From contig JAEEKG010000014.1 in NCBI GenBank assembly GCA_016282315.1, positions 1 through 50,833 on the forward strand: a stretch of 50,833 nucleotides of DNA, read 5' to 3'. A program made the position numbers and the translations under genes. Positions within the stretch are counted from its first letter, which is position 1, and the number at the start of each line of letters is the position of its first letter. The notes under the pieces were generated by a model. That model saw only the letters and a list, made by a program, of their open reading frames with translations, did not search any database and was not told the DNA's origin. Positions 49,799 to 50,833 of this stretch are shown here, one piece after another. Source of the DNA: Clostridiales bacterium. GTDB lineage: Bacteria; Bacillota; Clostridia; Oscillospirales; CAG-272.

Positions 49799-50833
49799 TT
49801 ATGAGACTTGACGCAAATAACGATAATAGTAATCTACATACTCTGTCAAAAATGTTTTTGCCATTGACATTTTTGAAATAACAGAATCATTAACCTCAAT
49901 CAAAGTTGCATAATTCTTTAAGAAACTGTCATATTTTTCATATTTGACTGATTCAGCATATGAAGAGAACAAATCTTCATATTCTTCATCTTCATATATC
50001 TTATCGCGGAGAGGTATTCTCTTGATTATATATGTATATTTACCATCACTTACTGAAATAGGTTGTGTGTATTCTCCGATTTCAAGTTCTTTCAAAGCAG
50101 AAGAAACAGCAGAATCATTAACAAGTGAAGAACCTGTCAAAACAAACAAACCATTTGGATATTTGACGCTTAAATATGAGTCGGAATATTCCTTTGCTAT
50201 TTCTTCAAAGTCAGCATCATCTTCAAGTTTATAAATTAAGATTTGTGGAAGAAGAGCTTTTTCTTCTTTTTCATCATCTGTCAATTCTTCCATTTTATAT
50301 TCATCATTTTCTACTTCGTTGCCTTGACTGTCTTTTGTTGTTGTACGAACTCTATTGCCTTCATCATCAACCACTATTTTGTGAGTCATATCAAGCATAA
50401 TCATGTAATAGCCGCTGTAGTTGTCCTGATAATACTTATCGAGTTCTTCATCAGTTACCTTTTCTGTGCCGTTTTCACCATACAAGTATTCCTGGATTGC
50501 AGATGAACGCATAGTTGCCAATGTGTGTTCATAGAGCATCTGCCATCTATATCCCCAGTACTGTTTGTATGAGCCTGTACCACCCATGTTCTTGACATTC
50601 TGGTCAATTGTTTTCTTTTGAGAAGCTACTTCCTCTGCGTTCAAAGACAAATTGTATTTGTCAAACAGATATTGCTCAACAAGTACACCTTTGAGTTGGT
50701 TAACTACGAGTTGTTTGTAGTTGTCATCAGCCGTGAGTTTTGTTTCGGAATCTACTTCACGATTCCAAATAACATCCGGAAGATCATATGCTGATGGCCA
50801 GCCATTCTCCATGAAAACATTTGCCTTTGTATA
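49799..50833 (-). CDS. PrsA/SurA-like parvulin PPIase, 5' end outside the window
   Basis: VTDEELDKYY, DFEEIAKEYSD, LEIGEYTQPI...YIIKR. Confidence 0.7.
   Translation of the reverse strand, partial: YTKANVFMENGWPSAYDLPDVIWNREVDSETKLTADDNYKQLVVNQLKGVLVEQYLFDKYNLSLNAEEVASQKKTIDQNVKNMGGTGSYKQYWGYRWQMLYEHTLATMRSSAIQEYLYGENGTEKVTDEELDKYYQDNYSGYYMIMLDMTHKIVVDDEGNRVRTTTKDSQGNEVENDEYKMEELTDDEKEEKALLPQILIYKLEDDADFEEIAKEYSDSYLSVKYPNGLFVLTGSSLVNDSAVSSALKELEIGEYTQPISVSDGKYTYIIKRIPLRDKIYEDEEYEDLFSSYAESVKYEKYDSFLKNYATLIEVNDSVISKMSMAKTFLTEYVDYYYRYLRQVS

Overview
A low-GC chromosomal segment whose gene content and sigma-A promoters and terminators resemble Clostridia (Bacillota); the taxonomy is inferred. I saw no tRNA, rRNA, CRISPR array, transposase or prophage gene. 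The core genes are pnp, rpsO, fba, a riboswitch-controlled dapA-dapB-lysC-lysA-asd operon, addA, nifJ (PFOR), rpmG-secE-nusG-rplK-rplA, ligA-obg, yfhO and rqcH. Three poorly characterised modules stand out. (1) An LtaS/sulfatase-fold membrane enzyme, a YidC::TagB/F-like glycerophosphotransferase fusion and a small 'YLDP' membrane protein, converging on a LicC-like gene. (2) Three HflK/HflC-like SPFH genes in one operon with an atypical P1B ATPase and no ftsH in the window. (3) A tightly coupled PPIase, DUF5685-like, J-domain/TPR/Cys-rich tail and membrane-protein operon. Also notable are a lysine riboswitch of only about 123 nt that seems to lack the kissing-loop periphery, a SecE with a signal peptide and Thr/Glu tandem-repeat extension, and a structured, terminator-containing leader of about 180 nt ahead of rpmG. 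Family assignments come from motif recognition by eye, not database searches.
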